64,000 nt of DNA from NCBI RefSeq assembly GCF_028368995.1, contig NZ_JAQNDL010000001.1, forward strand, positions 3,968,001-4,032,000, given 5' to 3'. Origin of the DNA: Nannocystis bainbridge. GTDB taxonomy: Bacteria > Myxococcota_A > Polyangia > Nannocystales > Nannocystaceae. This document shows positions 1 through 9,438 of the stretch, one piece after another. Under the pieces are notes generated by a model, which was not told the DNA's origin, did no database searches, and worked only from the letters and a program-made list of their open reading frames with translations. How positions within the stretch are numbered: the first letter of the stretch is position 1; the number at the start of each line of letters is the position of its first letter. Both the position numbers and the translations under genes were made by a program.

Positions 1-2
1 GA

Positions 3-1193
3 AACCTGTCCCTTGGTGCATGTCTCTCGATCCTCGCTGCCTGTCCCGCGAGCGGCGGTGAGACCACCGCCTCGACCGGCGAGCCGGCCACCACGACGAC
101 CACGTCCACCACCACCGCGGCGACCCTTGACGCCTCGACTGGCACCACCGCGCCGACCACCGACGCGCCGACTGGCACCACCACCGGCGCGCCTGTCGAC
201 CGCGAGCCGTTCAGCATTCAGGTGCTCGACAATGCCTGGATCACCGGCACCGACGGTTGGACCACCCAGCACCAGGACATCGCCTTCGACCTCGGCGCAG
301 CCCCCTTTTCAAAGGTCACGCTGATCGTCGATCTCGGCACCGACTGTTATCCGTGGGAAAATTGGCAGGCCAGCCCGCCGCCGCCGGGGCAGTCGTGGCC
401 GGCCTCGTGCGACGCGTTCGACCGGACCATGGGCTTCATCAGCGACCCGGGCGGCGACCCGGGCGACCCGCCCGGCTTCGAGCTGCTGCGCTCGATCACC
501 CCGTTTGGCGGCCCCGCTCACCTCGAGGCCGACATCACCGACTACGCCAACGCCCACCCTGGCGAGCACGTGCTGCGCTCGTACATCAACACCTGGCCTG
601 ACGGCGCCGGCAAGGTCAGCGGCTCGGCCGGCGGCTGGCACCTCAGCGTGCGCATCGAGGGCCAGCCCGGCCCGGCCCCGCGCGAGGTGCTCGCGGCCGT
701 CTCGCTGTTCGCCGGCGACGTCGGGGTCGACGGCGCGACCACCACGGTGCCGTTCAGCCTGCCCGCGGGCTTCAAGAAGGCCGAGCTCGTCTACACCGTC
801 AGCGGCCACGGCGGCGCGACCGACAACAGCGGCGGCTGCATCGGCCCCGCCGAGGAGTTCTGCAAGCGCAAGCACCACATCAGCCTCGACGGCGCCGTCG
901 TCACCTCGTTCGAGGCCTGGCGCACCGACTGCGGCGAGCTGTGCACGATCACCGACAATGCGCTCGGCGTCGGCCCGGCCAAGTTCTGCGCCGAGAACCC
1001 GTGCGGCGCGATCGCCTCGGTCCAGGCCGCGCGCGCCAACTGGTGCCCCGGCGACCTCGTCGCCCCGCTGCGCGGCCCCGTCACCTCGGCCCTCGGCGCC
1101 GGCCCGGACCACGAGTTCCAGTTCGCCATCGACAAGGTCAAGGAGGGCGGCAGCTGGACGGTGTCGGCGGCGATCTACGCTTACGGGCCGTGA
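3..1193 (+). CDS. PNGase F-related (peptide-N-glycosidase C-terminal domain) lipoprotein, 5' end outside window
   Basis: Frame is open from base 3 (..LSILAAC lipobox, then Thr-rich linker). It carries GHGG..AEEFC and RANWCPG motifs typical of PNGase F C-terminal-like domains. Confidence 0.7.
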   Translation, partial: NLSLGACLSILAACPASGGETTASTGEPATTTTTSTTTAATLDASTGTTAPTTDAPTGTTTGAPVDREPFSIQVLDNAWITGTDGWTTQHQDIAFDLGAAPFSKVTLIVDLGTDCYPWENWQASPPPPGQSWPASCDAFDRTMGFISDPGGDPGDPPGFELLRSITPFGGPAHLEADITDYANAHPGEHVLRSYINTWPDGAGKVSGSAGGWHLSVRIEGQPGPAPREVLAAVSLFAGDVGVDGATTTVPFSLPAGFKKAELVYTVSGHGGATDNSGGCIGPAEEFCKRKHHISLDGAVVTSFEAWRTDCGELCTITDNALGVGPAKFCAENPCGAIASVQAARANWCPGDLVAPLRGPVTSALGAGPDHEFQFAIDKVKEGGSWTVSAAIYAYGP

Positions 1194-1268
1194 GCGCGCG
1201 AGCGATGGGGCCGTGGGCGCGGCGCTCCGACGCGTGGCGAGTCAATCAAGTCTCGTGCGTGCCCAGCA

Positions 1269-1352
1269 TGTCCCGAAGAACATGCCTCATTCGACATGTC
1301 TCATCGAACATTATCGATCGGGCATATCCTTGAGAGCATGTCCGCTCGGACA
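1269..1352. repeat. Tandem array of six 14-bp TG..CA palindromic units
   Basis: TGTCCCGAAGAACA TGCCTCATTCGACA TGTCTCATCGAACA TTATCGATCGGGCA TATCCTTGAGAGCA TGTCCGCTCGGACA. CAT recurs at 1267, 1281, 1295, 1309, 1323, 1337 and 1351. Confidence 0.9.
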
Positions 1353-2252
1353 TCACGTGAACGGCGGCTCTGCCCGGCGGCGCAGGCGGGCCGCCTCGTC
1401 GCCGCGGCCGAGCGCCTCGAGGCCCTCGGCGAGGATCCGCGCGAACGGGCCGCGGAGGTCGCCGCGGCGGACGGGCAGGCGGTCGTACCAGCGCAGCGCC
1501 TCGGCCATGCCGCCCTCTGCCTGCGCCGGCGCGGCGCAAGCGGCACGTAGGGACAGCTTGGCCAGGCGGGCCACGCACAGCACCAGGTGGCTGGCGCTGT
1601 CGCCCCCGAGGGTCGCGTCGTCGAAGTTGTCGCCCTGCAGCAGCGGGAACACGCGGCGGACGAACGCGACGTAGCGGCCGAGGTTGCGCCCGGCGTCGGC
1701 CAGACAGGCGACGTGGGCCGCGAACTCCTCGTCGAGCAGGACCTCGAGGCAGGGTCGCTCGGGCCGGCGGCGCTTCCACACCTCGACGGCGAGCAGGCCG
1801 AGCAGGTCCTGGTCGGCCTCGGCGAGGGTCTGCGTCATGTACACGCGCAACGCCAGCTGCCACGCCGACGCGAACTCGGGCGCCTCGTCGAGGATCGCCA
1901 GGGTCCGCGGCAGGCGCAGCCCGCTGAGCCGATCGAGCCAGGCCAGCAGCGCGCGGTCGGGCAGCGCCGCGACCTCGCCGATGCGCAGGAAGCCGGGGCA
2001 GCGCAGCGCCCACACGCCGTCGTAGCGGTACTCCTCCTCGAGCTGCGCCGCGTAGGCGGGGATCTCCTGCTCGGCGGCGACGCTGGCGATGCTGCGCTCG
2101 CGCTCGTCGAATTCGGCGGCGCCGAACCACCGCCGCATGAGCGCCGTCTCGACCGCGACCGCGGCGCGAGCCCGGGCACGGATCCGGCTGCGCTCCACCG
2201 CTCGCACGGGTCGCGGCCGCTCCCGCGGGAGGCGCTGCGGAAACCTGGCCAT
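1353..2252 (-). CDS. hypothetical protein
   Basis: ORF with globular, helical-looking composition. Start is uncertain (ATG 2252 or 2138). Confidence 0.6.
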   Translation of the reverse strand: MARFPQRLPRERPRPVRAVERSRIRARARAAVAVETALMRRWFGAAEFDERERSIASVAAEQEIPAYAAQLEEEYRYDGVWALRCPGFLRIGEVAALPDRALLAWLDRLSGLRLPRTLAILDEAPEFASAWQLALRVYMTQTLAEADQDLLGLLAVEVWKRRRPERPCLEVLLDEEFAAHVACLADAGRNLGRYVAFVRRVFPLLQGDNFDDATLGGDSASHLVLCVARLAKLSLRAACAAPAQAEGGMAEALRWYDRLPVRRGDLRGPFARILAEGLEALGRGDEAARLRRRAEPPFT

Positions 2253-2512
2253 GACCGGTCTATGGGGCGGCCTCCGCGGCGCGGCAACGCGCACCGACAA
2301 GCGACGTGCGCAGTCCGACGTTCACGGGCCAAAGCGCGCCGAAAAGCGCCGCAGAAGGCCGCTGCGAACGTCGGTCGGCCCGCACGCCGCGACACCTCTC
2401 GTCGCTGTCACGCAGGCCACGGCCGTCGCGCTCGCAGGCGGTGCGGACGCCTGTCCATTCGCGCCGGGGCCTTGAGCGCCGGGGCCGCTTCGCGCAAGCT
2501 CGCAAGCAGATC

Positions 2513-5068
2513 ATGACGCCGTTCCACGCAGTGACCGCGGCCTTGATCGTCGTGGGCTCCGGGGTCCTGGCGCTGGGCGCGAAGCGGACGCTGGCGCTCC
2601 TTCGACTGCGTCAGGTCACCCCTCATGCCGGACCGTGGCGGGTCCTGCTCTCCCTGATCGTCGTCTGCATCGCCGCCTACATCGCCACCGCGGTCGTCGT
2701 CCTGCTCGGCCTGCAAGAGGCGGTGGTGGCGCTGACCGGCGTCATCTTCCTGGGCGGTGGGGTGTTCGTATACCTCGCCGCGGACGCCAGCTTCCGCACC
2801 ATGCAGGCGCTGGTGAAGTCGAGCATGACCCAGCGCCAGGTCGGCGACATGCTCGAGGCCCTCAGCCACGCCGTGCTGCTGGTCGACGACCGCGGCGTCG
2901 TCCGCACCGTCAACCGCAAGCTGTGCGAGATCACCGGCCTGCCCGCCAGCGCCCTGGTCGGCAAGTCGATCATGCAGGCGGTCGGGCTCGAGAACCCGTT
3001 CGCGACCTCGGCGGTCAAGAGCAGCATCGACATGCCGCACACCCACGAGCACGAGCTGCGCCGCCGCGACGGCGCGGTGGTGCCGGTGGCGGTGGCGATC
3101 GTGCCGGCGCACCGCGGGTTCGTGTGCGTGCTGACCGACATCCGCGAGGACCGCCTGCGCCGACGTCAGCTCGACGACGCGGTCCGGATCGCCGAGGAGA
3201 TCTTGCGCGCCCGCAACGAATTCATGGCGCTGGTGGCGGTCGAGCTGCGCGACCCGCTGGGCCAGCTGTCGCGGGCCTCTCGCGCCCTCGTCGACGCCCC
3301 GCCCGAGGCCGACGTCGCCGCCATGGCCCGCAAGATCGGCGTCGCCGGCGAACAGCTCGAGCGCGTCGCCCAGAGCCTGCTCGAGGTCGGTCGCCTCGGC
3401 GGCAGCGCCGAGGGGGCGCGGGTGTTCCAGCCGGCCGCGCTGCTGCGCGACGCCGCCGAGGCGCTGTCGGTCCAGGCCGGGCGCGCCGGGGTGATCGTGC
3501 GCCACTACGTCGAGCAGGGCGTGCCTTCGACCTTCTACGGGCGCGAGGCGCAGATCCGGCAGATCCTGGGCCTGCTCGGGCTCAACGCGATCGCGCGGGC
3601 CCCGGGCGGCGAGATCCGGATCGCCGTCGAACCTGTCCCCGGGGACAAATCATCGCACCAGCTGCTGTTCTCGGTCCGCGACACCGGCTATCCGCTGACC
3701 GATACCACCGCCGACGTCGAGTTCGACCCGCTGACCAGCGGCGCGCGCAGCCAGGGCGGCCGGCTCGACCTGGCGATCTGTCGCCTGCTGGTGCTCTCGC
3801 TCGGCGGGCGCATGTCGGCCGGCAACACCACCGGCAACACCGCGACCGTGTTCTTCACCGTGCTGGGCGGCGTCGCCCCCGGGTCGCAGCAGGCGGCGCT
3901 GGTCAACGCGCTCGGCGAGACCCAGGCCGTCGCGTCGCTGAGCGGCGGCGGGTGGAAGAACTCGTTCGAGGCCTCGGCGCGGCTGGCCCGGCTCGCCGTG
4001 CCCGACGCCGGCCCCGAGCCCGAGCGGCGCACCGGCTCGGTCCTGGTCGTCGACGACAGCCCGACCAGCCGCGAGCTGCTGGCTCACCAGCTGCGGCAGG
4101 CCGGCAACACCGTCGAGGTCGCGGGCACCGCCAGCGAGGCGCTCGACCTGGTGTGGCAGCAGGAGTTCGACGTCGTCCTGCTCGACGTCCTCCTGCCCGA
4201 CAGCGACGGCATCGCCGTGCTCGAGGAGCTGCGAGAAAAAGGCGCGCTCGAGCGGCTCAGCGTCTTGATGATCTCCGCGGTCGAGGAGACCTCGAGCGTG
4301 GCCGCCTGCATCGAGCGCGGGGCCGAGGACTTCTTGCCCAAGCCGGTCAGCCCGGCGCTCTTGCGGGCCCGCCTCGGCGCCTGCCTCGAGAAGAAGTTCC
4401 TGCGCGACAAGGCCCGCCACCACCTCATCCAGCTGGCGGCCGAGGGCCGGCGCGCCAACGACCTGCTGCGCGTGCTGCTGCCCGACCCGATCGCCGACGA
4501 GCTGCAGTCGACCGGCACGATCGCCCCGCGCCGGCTCGACAACGTCGCCGTGGTGTTCGCCGACATCGTCGGCTTCACCGCCTACTGCGACCGCCACAGC
4601 CCCGAAGAGGTGCTCATCAGCCTGCAGGACCTGTTCACCCGCTTCGAGCAGCTCGCGCTCGAGTTCGGCGTGCAGAAGATCAAGACGATCGGCGACTCCT
4701 TCATGGGCGCCGCCGGCCTGTTCAGCGCCGAGGACGAGCGCCCGGCCCTGCGCTGCGTCCAGTTCGGCCGCGCGATCCTGGCGGCCGGCGCCGACCTCGC
4801 GACCCACTGGAACCTGCGCATCGGCATCCACGTCGGCCCGGTCGTCGGCGGCGTGGTCGGCACGCGTCAGTACATCTTCGACATCTGGGGCGACACGGTG
4901 AACACCGCCCAGCGCATCGAACAAAACGCCCGCGTCGGTCAGGTCTGCATCAGCGCCGCGGCGCGGCGGCAGGTCGAACCCGACTACGAGACCGAGAGCA
5001 TCGGCCTCAGCGAGATCAAGGGCAAGGGCGAGGCCGAGATCTTCATCGTCGTCGGGGGCCCGAATTGA
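2513..5068 (+). CDS. Membrane PAS / degenerate His-kinase / REC / class III adenylate cyclase
   Basis: Three TM segments, PAS, HisKA-like AVELRDPL without His, degenerate HATPase, REC (VVDDS, LLDVLLPD, PKP), cyclase motifs FADIVGFT, KIKTIGD and FDIWGDTVNTAQR. Confidence 0.9.
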   Translation: MTPFHAVTAALIVVGSGVLALGAKRTLALLRLRQVTPHAGPWRVLLSLIVVCIAAYIATAVVVLLGLQEAVVALTGVIFLGGGVFVYLAADASFRTMQALVKSSMTQRQVGDMLEALSHAVLLVDDRGVVRTVNRKLCEITGLPASALVGKSIMQAVGLENPFATSAVKSSIDMPHTHEHELRRRDGAVVPVAVAIVPAHRGFVCVLTDIREDRLRRRQLDDAVRIAEEILRARNEFMALVAVELRDPLGQLSRASRALVDAPPEADVAAMARKIGVAGEQLERVAQSLLEVGRLGGSAEGARVFQPAALLRDAAEALSVQAGRAGVIVRHYVEQGVPSTFYGREAQIRQILGLLGLNAIARAPGGEIRIAVEPVPGDKSSHQLLFSVRDTGYPLTDTTADVEFDPLTSGARSQGGRLDLAICRLLVLSLGGRMSAGNTTGNTATVFFTVLGGVAPGSQQAALVNALGETQAVASLSGGGWKNSFEASARLARLAVPDAGPEPERRTGSVLVVDDSPTSRELLAHQLRQAGNTVEVAGTASEALDLVWQQEFDVVLLDVLLPDSDGIAVLEELREKGALERLSVLMISAVEETSSVAACIERGAEDFLPKPVSPALLRARLGACLEKKFLRDKARHHLIQLAAEGRRANDLLRVLLPDPIADELQSTGTIAPRRLDNVAVVFADIVGFTAYCDRHSPEEVLISLQDLFTRFEQLALEFGVQKIKTIGDSFMGAAGLFSAEDERPALRCVQFGRAILAAGADLATHWNLRIGIHVGPVVGGVVGTRQYIFDIWGDTVNTAQRIEQNARVGQVCISAAARRQVEPDYETESIGLSEIKGKGEAEIFIVVGGPN

Positions 5069-6675
5069 CGGTCGCGACGGTCGTCCTGGCCGTCGTCGTC
5101 GCCGCTCTCTCGCTCGCCCTGGTCGCCTCGGTGATCCTCGCGCGGCGGCGTGCCGCGATCGATCGCGCCGCCCTGGCCCGGCTGACCGCCGAGAACCACG
5201 CCCTGCGCGAGCGCTGCGACGCCGCCCACGCCACCGCCGAGCTGCGCGCCCGCATGGTCGCGCACGTCAGCCACGAGCTGCGCACGCCGATGCAGGCGAT
5301 CATGAGCTTGCTCGCGCTGCTCGACGAGCACGGCCTGCCGCTCGAGCAGCGCCGGCAGCACCTGAGCACCCTGCGCGGCTCCACCGAGGATCTGCTGCTG
5401 CTGATCGACGGCCTCCTCGACACCGCGCAGATCGAGGGCAAGCGGCCCTCGCTGCGCGCCGATGATTTCTCGCCGCGGGCCACGCTCGAGCAATTGGTCG
5501 ACCTGCTCGGCCCGAGCGCGCACAAGCGCGGGCTCGAGCTGCGGGCCGCGCTGGCGCCCGACCTGCCGCCGCGGCTGCGCGGCGATCGCCTGCGCCTGCG
5601 CCAGATCGTCATCAACCTGATCGGCAACTCGATCAAGTTCACGCGCCAGGGCCACGTCGAGCTGCGCGTCGCGGCGCGCGTCGAAGACGAGGTCGCGCAC
5701 CTGCAGGTCGAGGTCAGCGACACCGGCGTCGGCATGAGCCCCGAGGCGCTCGGCCGGCTGTTCCGCGAGTTCGCGCGCGTCGGCGACCCGAGCGTCGAGG
5801 GCACCGGCCTCGGCCTCTCGATCAGCAAACAACTGGTCGAGGCCCTCGGCGGCCGCCTCGAGGTCGACAGCGACCCGGGCGTCGGCACCACCTTTCGCTT
5901 CGAGGTCCGCATGCCGCTGCTCGCCGCGCTCCCGGCCGAGCAGGCGGCCGCCGCCGACAACCGCCCGCGCGTGCTGGTCGCCGACGACGACAGCGCCGGG
6001 CGCGAGCTGCTGGCCACCGCCCTGCGCCGTAGCGGCTACGCGGTCGACGGCGTGGCCGACGGCGCGGCCGCGGTCGCCAGCGCGCTGGCCCGGCCCTACG
6101 TCGCGGTCATCCTCGACGTCCAGTTGCCCGAGCTCGACGGCCCCGACGCGGCCCGGCAGATCCGCGACGTGCGCGGCGACGTGGCCCTGATCGCCCTCAC
6201 CGGCCACACCGAGATCGACGTGCTCGGCCGCTGCAAGGGCGCCGGCATCGACGCGATCCTGATCAAGCCGGTCAAGCTCGAGACCCTGCGCGCCACGATC
6301 GTCCGCGTCGCCGCCCAGCGCACCCAGCCGGTCGACCTGGCGGTGATCCGCGGCTACGTCACCGCCGAGGATCCGGCCTTCGTGCCCGGCCTCATCGATG
6401 TCTACCTCCGCGAGGCCGAGCGCGACCTCGAGGCCATGGAGGAGGCCGCCGCGGGCCAGGAGATCGCGCGGGTCGCTCAACTGGCGCACCGCCTCAAGGG
6501 CAGCTCCGCCGGGTTCGGCGCGCGATTGCTCGCCGAACGCTGTCAGTCCCTCTATGCCGCCGCCCGCGCGGAGCAGCCCGTGAGCCACGAGCTCGCGGCC
6601 CTGGCCCGCGAGTTCGGCCGCGTGAAATCAGCGCTCTCCGCCGAGCGGACGCGGCTCATATCCTCGTCGTCGTGA
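5065..6675 (+). CDS. Hybrid sensor histidine kinase (TM-HisKA-HATPase-REC-HPt)
   Basis: TTG start overlaps the upstream stop (TTGA). Motifs SHELRTP, NLIGNSIKF, DTGVG, GTGLGL, a REC domain and HPt AHRLKGSS. Confidence 0.9.
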   Translation: MTVATVVLAVVVAALSLALVASVILARRRAAIDRAALARLTAENHALRERCDAAHATAELRARMVAHVSHELRTPMQAIMSLLALLDEHGLPLEQRRQHLSTLRGSTEDLLLLIDGLLDTAQIEGKRPSLRADDFSPRATLEQLVDLLGPSAHKRGLELRAALAPDLPPRLRGDRLRLRQIVINLIGNSIKFTRQGHVELRVAARVEDEVAHLQVEVSDTGVGMSPEALGRLFREFARVGDPSVEGTGLGLSISKQLVEALGGRLEVDSDPGVGTTFRFEVRMPLLAALPAEQAAAADNRPRVLVADDDSAGRELLATALRRSGYAVDGVADGAAAVASALARPYVAVILDVQLPELDGPDAARQIRDVRGDVALIALTGHTEIDVLGRCKGAGIDAILIKPVKLETLRATIVRVAAQRTQPVDLAVIRGYVTAEDPAFVPGLIDVYLREAERDLEAMEEAAAGQEIARVAQLAHRLKGSSAGFGARLLAERCQSLYAAARAEQPVSHELAALAREFGRVKSALSAERTRLISSSS

Positions 6676-6751
6676 AGCGCCGCGCGCCGGCGATGTGACG
6701 GCCCCCACCGGTCGGCCGCGGGCCCCGGCGATCGGGCACATATACAGCTTC

Positions 6752-7879
6752 ATGCATCGCTTCGTGTTCGCGTCGACGCTCACGCTGTGGGCGGTGGGGT
6801 CGGCGTGCGAGAATGACAACAATGGCAGCACCGCCGGCGAAGGGGCCTCGGGCGGCATTGTGCTGACGGGCGACGACTCCAGCGGCGGCATCGAAGTGCC
6901 GGGCCCGGGCGCGGTCGGCAAGCTCGACCTCCCGCCCTCCGACGGCGGTCGGCCCGACGATCCCGCCGCGTCCGGCTGCGCCAAGGCCGATTTCCTGTTC
7001 GTCATCGACAACTCGGGCTCGATGGCCGACGAGCAGGCCAACCTGATCGCCTCGTTCCCCGGCTTCATCGCCACCATCACCCAGACCATCGCGGCCCAGG
7101 ACTATCACATCATGGCCGTGCCGACCGACGACGGCCAGGCCGCCGGCCTCAGCACCAAGTGCAACGACGACGGCTGCGCCTGCATGCCGGCCCCGATCTG
7201 CTGCCAAAAGACCTGCGAGCTGTTCGGCAAGGACTGCAACGGCTTCGCCTGCGACGCCCTGCCGATCGGCGCCTGCGACCAGGTCTACGGCCGCGGCAAC
7301 ATCTACGGCGCCACCGGCAACCGGTGCCCGATCGCCGACGAGCGCCGCTACATGAAGGCCGACCAGCCCGACCTCGCCGGCACCTTCGAGTGCGTCGCCA
7401 ACATCGGCACCCACGGCAGCGGCGCCGAGAAGCCGGTGCTGGCCACCCTCGAGGCCGTCAGCGCCGCGCTCAACGGCCCCGGCGGCTGCGACGAGGGCTT
7501 CCTGCGCGACGACGCGATCCTGGTCGTCATCATCATCACCGACGAAGAGGACGACAACGCGATCGCCGGCGAGGGCACGCCCGGCCTGCCCAAGGAGTGG
7601 CACGAGCAGCTGATCGCCGCCAAGCACGGCGACACCGACGCGGTGGTGGTGCTCGGCCTGGTCGGCGACGGCAACCTGAGCGGCAGCGTGTGCCCGCCCG
7701 GCGGCGGCCCGAACATGGACGGCACTGGCGCCGAGCCGTGCCCGCGGCTGCAGGAGTTCGTCGACCGGTTCGACAACGGGGTCATCGGCAGCGTCTGCGC
7801 CACCGACTACACCCCGTTCTTCTCCGAGGCGGTCGGGGTGATCGATTTCGCCTGCGACGTGTTCGTGCCGGTCGGCTGA
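6752..7879 (+). CDS. Cys-rich vWA-like lipoprotein
   Basis: Lipobox GSAC, DFLFVIDNSGSM (MIDAS-like DxSxS) and FLRDDAILVVIIITDEED. Confidence 0.8.
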   Translation: MHRFVFASTLTLWAVGSACENDNNGSTAGEGASGGIVLTGDDSSGGIEVPGPGAVGKLDLPPSDGGRPDDPAASGCAKADFLFVIDNSGSMADEQANLIASFPGFIATITQTIAAQDYHIMAVPTDDGQAAGLSTKCNDDGCACMPAPICCQKTCELFGKDCNGFACDALPIGACDQVYGRGNIYGATGNRCPIADERRYMKADQPDLAGTFECVANIGTHGSGAEKPVLATLEAVSAALNGPGGCDEGFLRDDAILVVIIITDEEDDNAIAGEGTPGLPKEWHEQLIAAKHGDTDAVVVLGLVGDGNLSGSVCPPGGGPNMDGTGAEPCPRLQEFVDRFDNGVIGSVCATDYTPFFSEAVGVIDFACDVFVPVG

Positions 7880-8153
7880 CGCGCGGTGCTGGCATTCCCG
7901 GCGAACCGTCGAAGTACCCTCATTCACGCGGCGTCCGCCCCGCGCCGGCGGGCCGGGCGCCATGGCTGCGATTGCCGTGAACGCCGTCCGCTCTGGCGTC
8001 ATTCCGAGAATCTACATACATGCCCTAAAGGACATACGGCGAGGCGCCCGCCGCACCGCGCAATCGCTCCACAATCATTCGTGACGGCGCACACACACGA
8101 CAATGGCCCTCGCGCCTATCGCCGCTGTCATGGCGTGAGCGATCATCGCGGCG

Positions 8154-9374
8154 ATGATGCGTCGCTCCTCCCGATTCGCCGTCGAATCCTTCCTCGGGCT
8201 CGCCGTCGTCGCCGCTTGTGGCGACAGCGGCGGACCTAGCCCTGCCACCGCCACCGGGATCACCGGCGCCACCGGCCTCACCGGCCAGGCCCCCGCGACC
8301 ACCACCGGCCCGGACGCCCCGTCCGGCGATTCGACGGCCGTCCCGACCACCAGCGGCGATCCGAGCGCCGGCACCACCACCGAGAGCTCGCCGCCCGACG
8401 GCCTGCCGAAGCTCGACCTCGGCGAGCAGCCGGAAGGGACCACCGGCCCGGGCGACCCGCTGGCGGCCGGCTGCGACAAGATCGATTTCTTGTTCGTGGT
8501 CGACAACTCGGGCTCGATGGCCGACGAGCAGGCCAACCTGATCGCCTCGTTCCCCGGCTTCATCGCCACCATCACCGATACGCTGGTGGCCAAGGACTAT
8601 CACATCATGGCCGTGTCGACCGACGACGGCATGAACACGGGCCTCAGCAGCTCGTGCACCAACGGCACCTGCAACTGCACCCCCGCGCCGGTCTGCTGCG
8701 AGAACGCCTGCGGCGGCTCGGGCGAGACCTGCAACGGCTTCGCCTGCGACGACCTGCCGCTGTCGCAGTGCCACTTCGAGTTCGGCACCGGCAAGGAGTT
8801 CGACGCCGCCGGCAAGCACTGCATGCTCGCCGACATGAAGCGCTACATGACGGCCAGCCAGCCCGACCTGGCGCAGACGTTCCAGTGCATCGCCAACGTC
8901 GGCACCTACGGCAGCGGCGCCGAGAAGCCGATGCTGGCCGCCACCTCGGCCCTCGGCGCGCCGCAGAACGGCCCCGGCGGCTGCGACGAGGGCTTCCTGC
9001 GCGACGACGCGATCCTCGTGCTGGTGTTCATCACCGACGAGGAGGACGACGTCGCCGACGACGGCAAGGGCTCGCCGGGCGAGCCGGCCGCGTGGTTCGA
9101 GGCCGTGGTCGCCGCCAAGAAGGGCGAGGAGAAGGCGGCGGTGGTCCTCGGCCTGCTCGGCGACAGCAACCTGCCGATGGGCCAGTGCCAGCCCGGCGTC
9201 GACCCCAACAGCGACGCCGACGGCGCCGAGGACTCCCCGCGCCTGCAGAGCTTCGTCAAGATGTTCTCCAACGGGGTGATCGGCAGCGTCTGCGCGGCCG
9301 ACTACACCCCGTTCTTCGCCGAGGCGGTCAGCGTCATCGACGTCGCCTGCGACGAGTTCGAGCCGCCGGGCTGA
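8154..9374 (+). CDS. Cys-rich vWA-like lipoprotein, tandem paralog of 6752..7879
   Basis: Lipobox VAAC and near-identical blocks DNSGSMADEQANLIASFPGFIATIT and GPGGCDEGFLRDDAIL. Confidence 0.85.
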   Translation: MMRRSSRFAVESFLGLAVVAACGDSGGPSPATATGITGATGLTGQAPATTTGPDAPSGDSTAVPTTSGDPSAGTTTESSPPDGLPKLDLGEQPEGTTGPGDPLAAGCDKIDFLFVVDNSGSMADEQANLIASFPGFIATITDTLVAKDYHIMAVSTDDGMNTGLSSSCTNGTCNCTPAPVCCENACGGSGETCNGFACDDLPLSQCHFEFGTGKEFDAAGKHCMLADMKRYMTASQPDLAQTFQCIANVGTYGSGAEKPMLAATSALGAPQNGPGGCDEGFLRDDAILVLVFITDEEDDVADDGKGSPGEPAAWFEAVVAAKKGEEKAAVVLGLLGDSNLPMGQCQPGVDPNSDADGAEDSPRLQSFVKMFSNGVIGSVCAADYTPFFAEAVSVIDVACDEFEPPG

Positions 9375-9438
9375 CCGGCGCCTCGCATGTCCTTCGGGAC
9401 ATGTGACCCGGCGCGGGCGAGCCGGCCGCTCGCCCGCC

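Noticed and set aside
1269-1352. 14-bp arrays as a CRISPR array
   Set aside because: Units are far too short, there is no constant repeat with spacers, and no cas genes are present.
2635-5064. Very long alternative ORFs (e.g. N-terminal part of 2635..6675, 29837..33109, 26686..29679)
   Set aside because: Arg/Pro/Ala-rich shadow frames expected in high-GC DNA that overlap well-supported genes.
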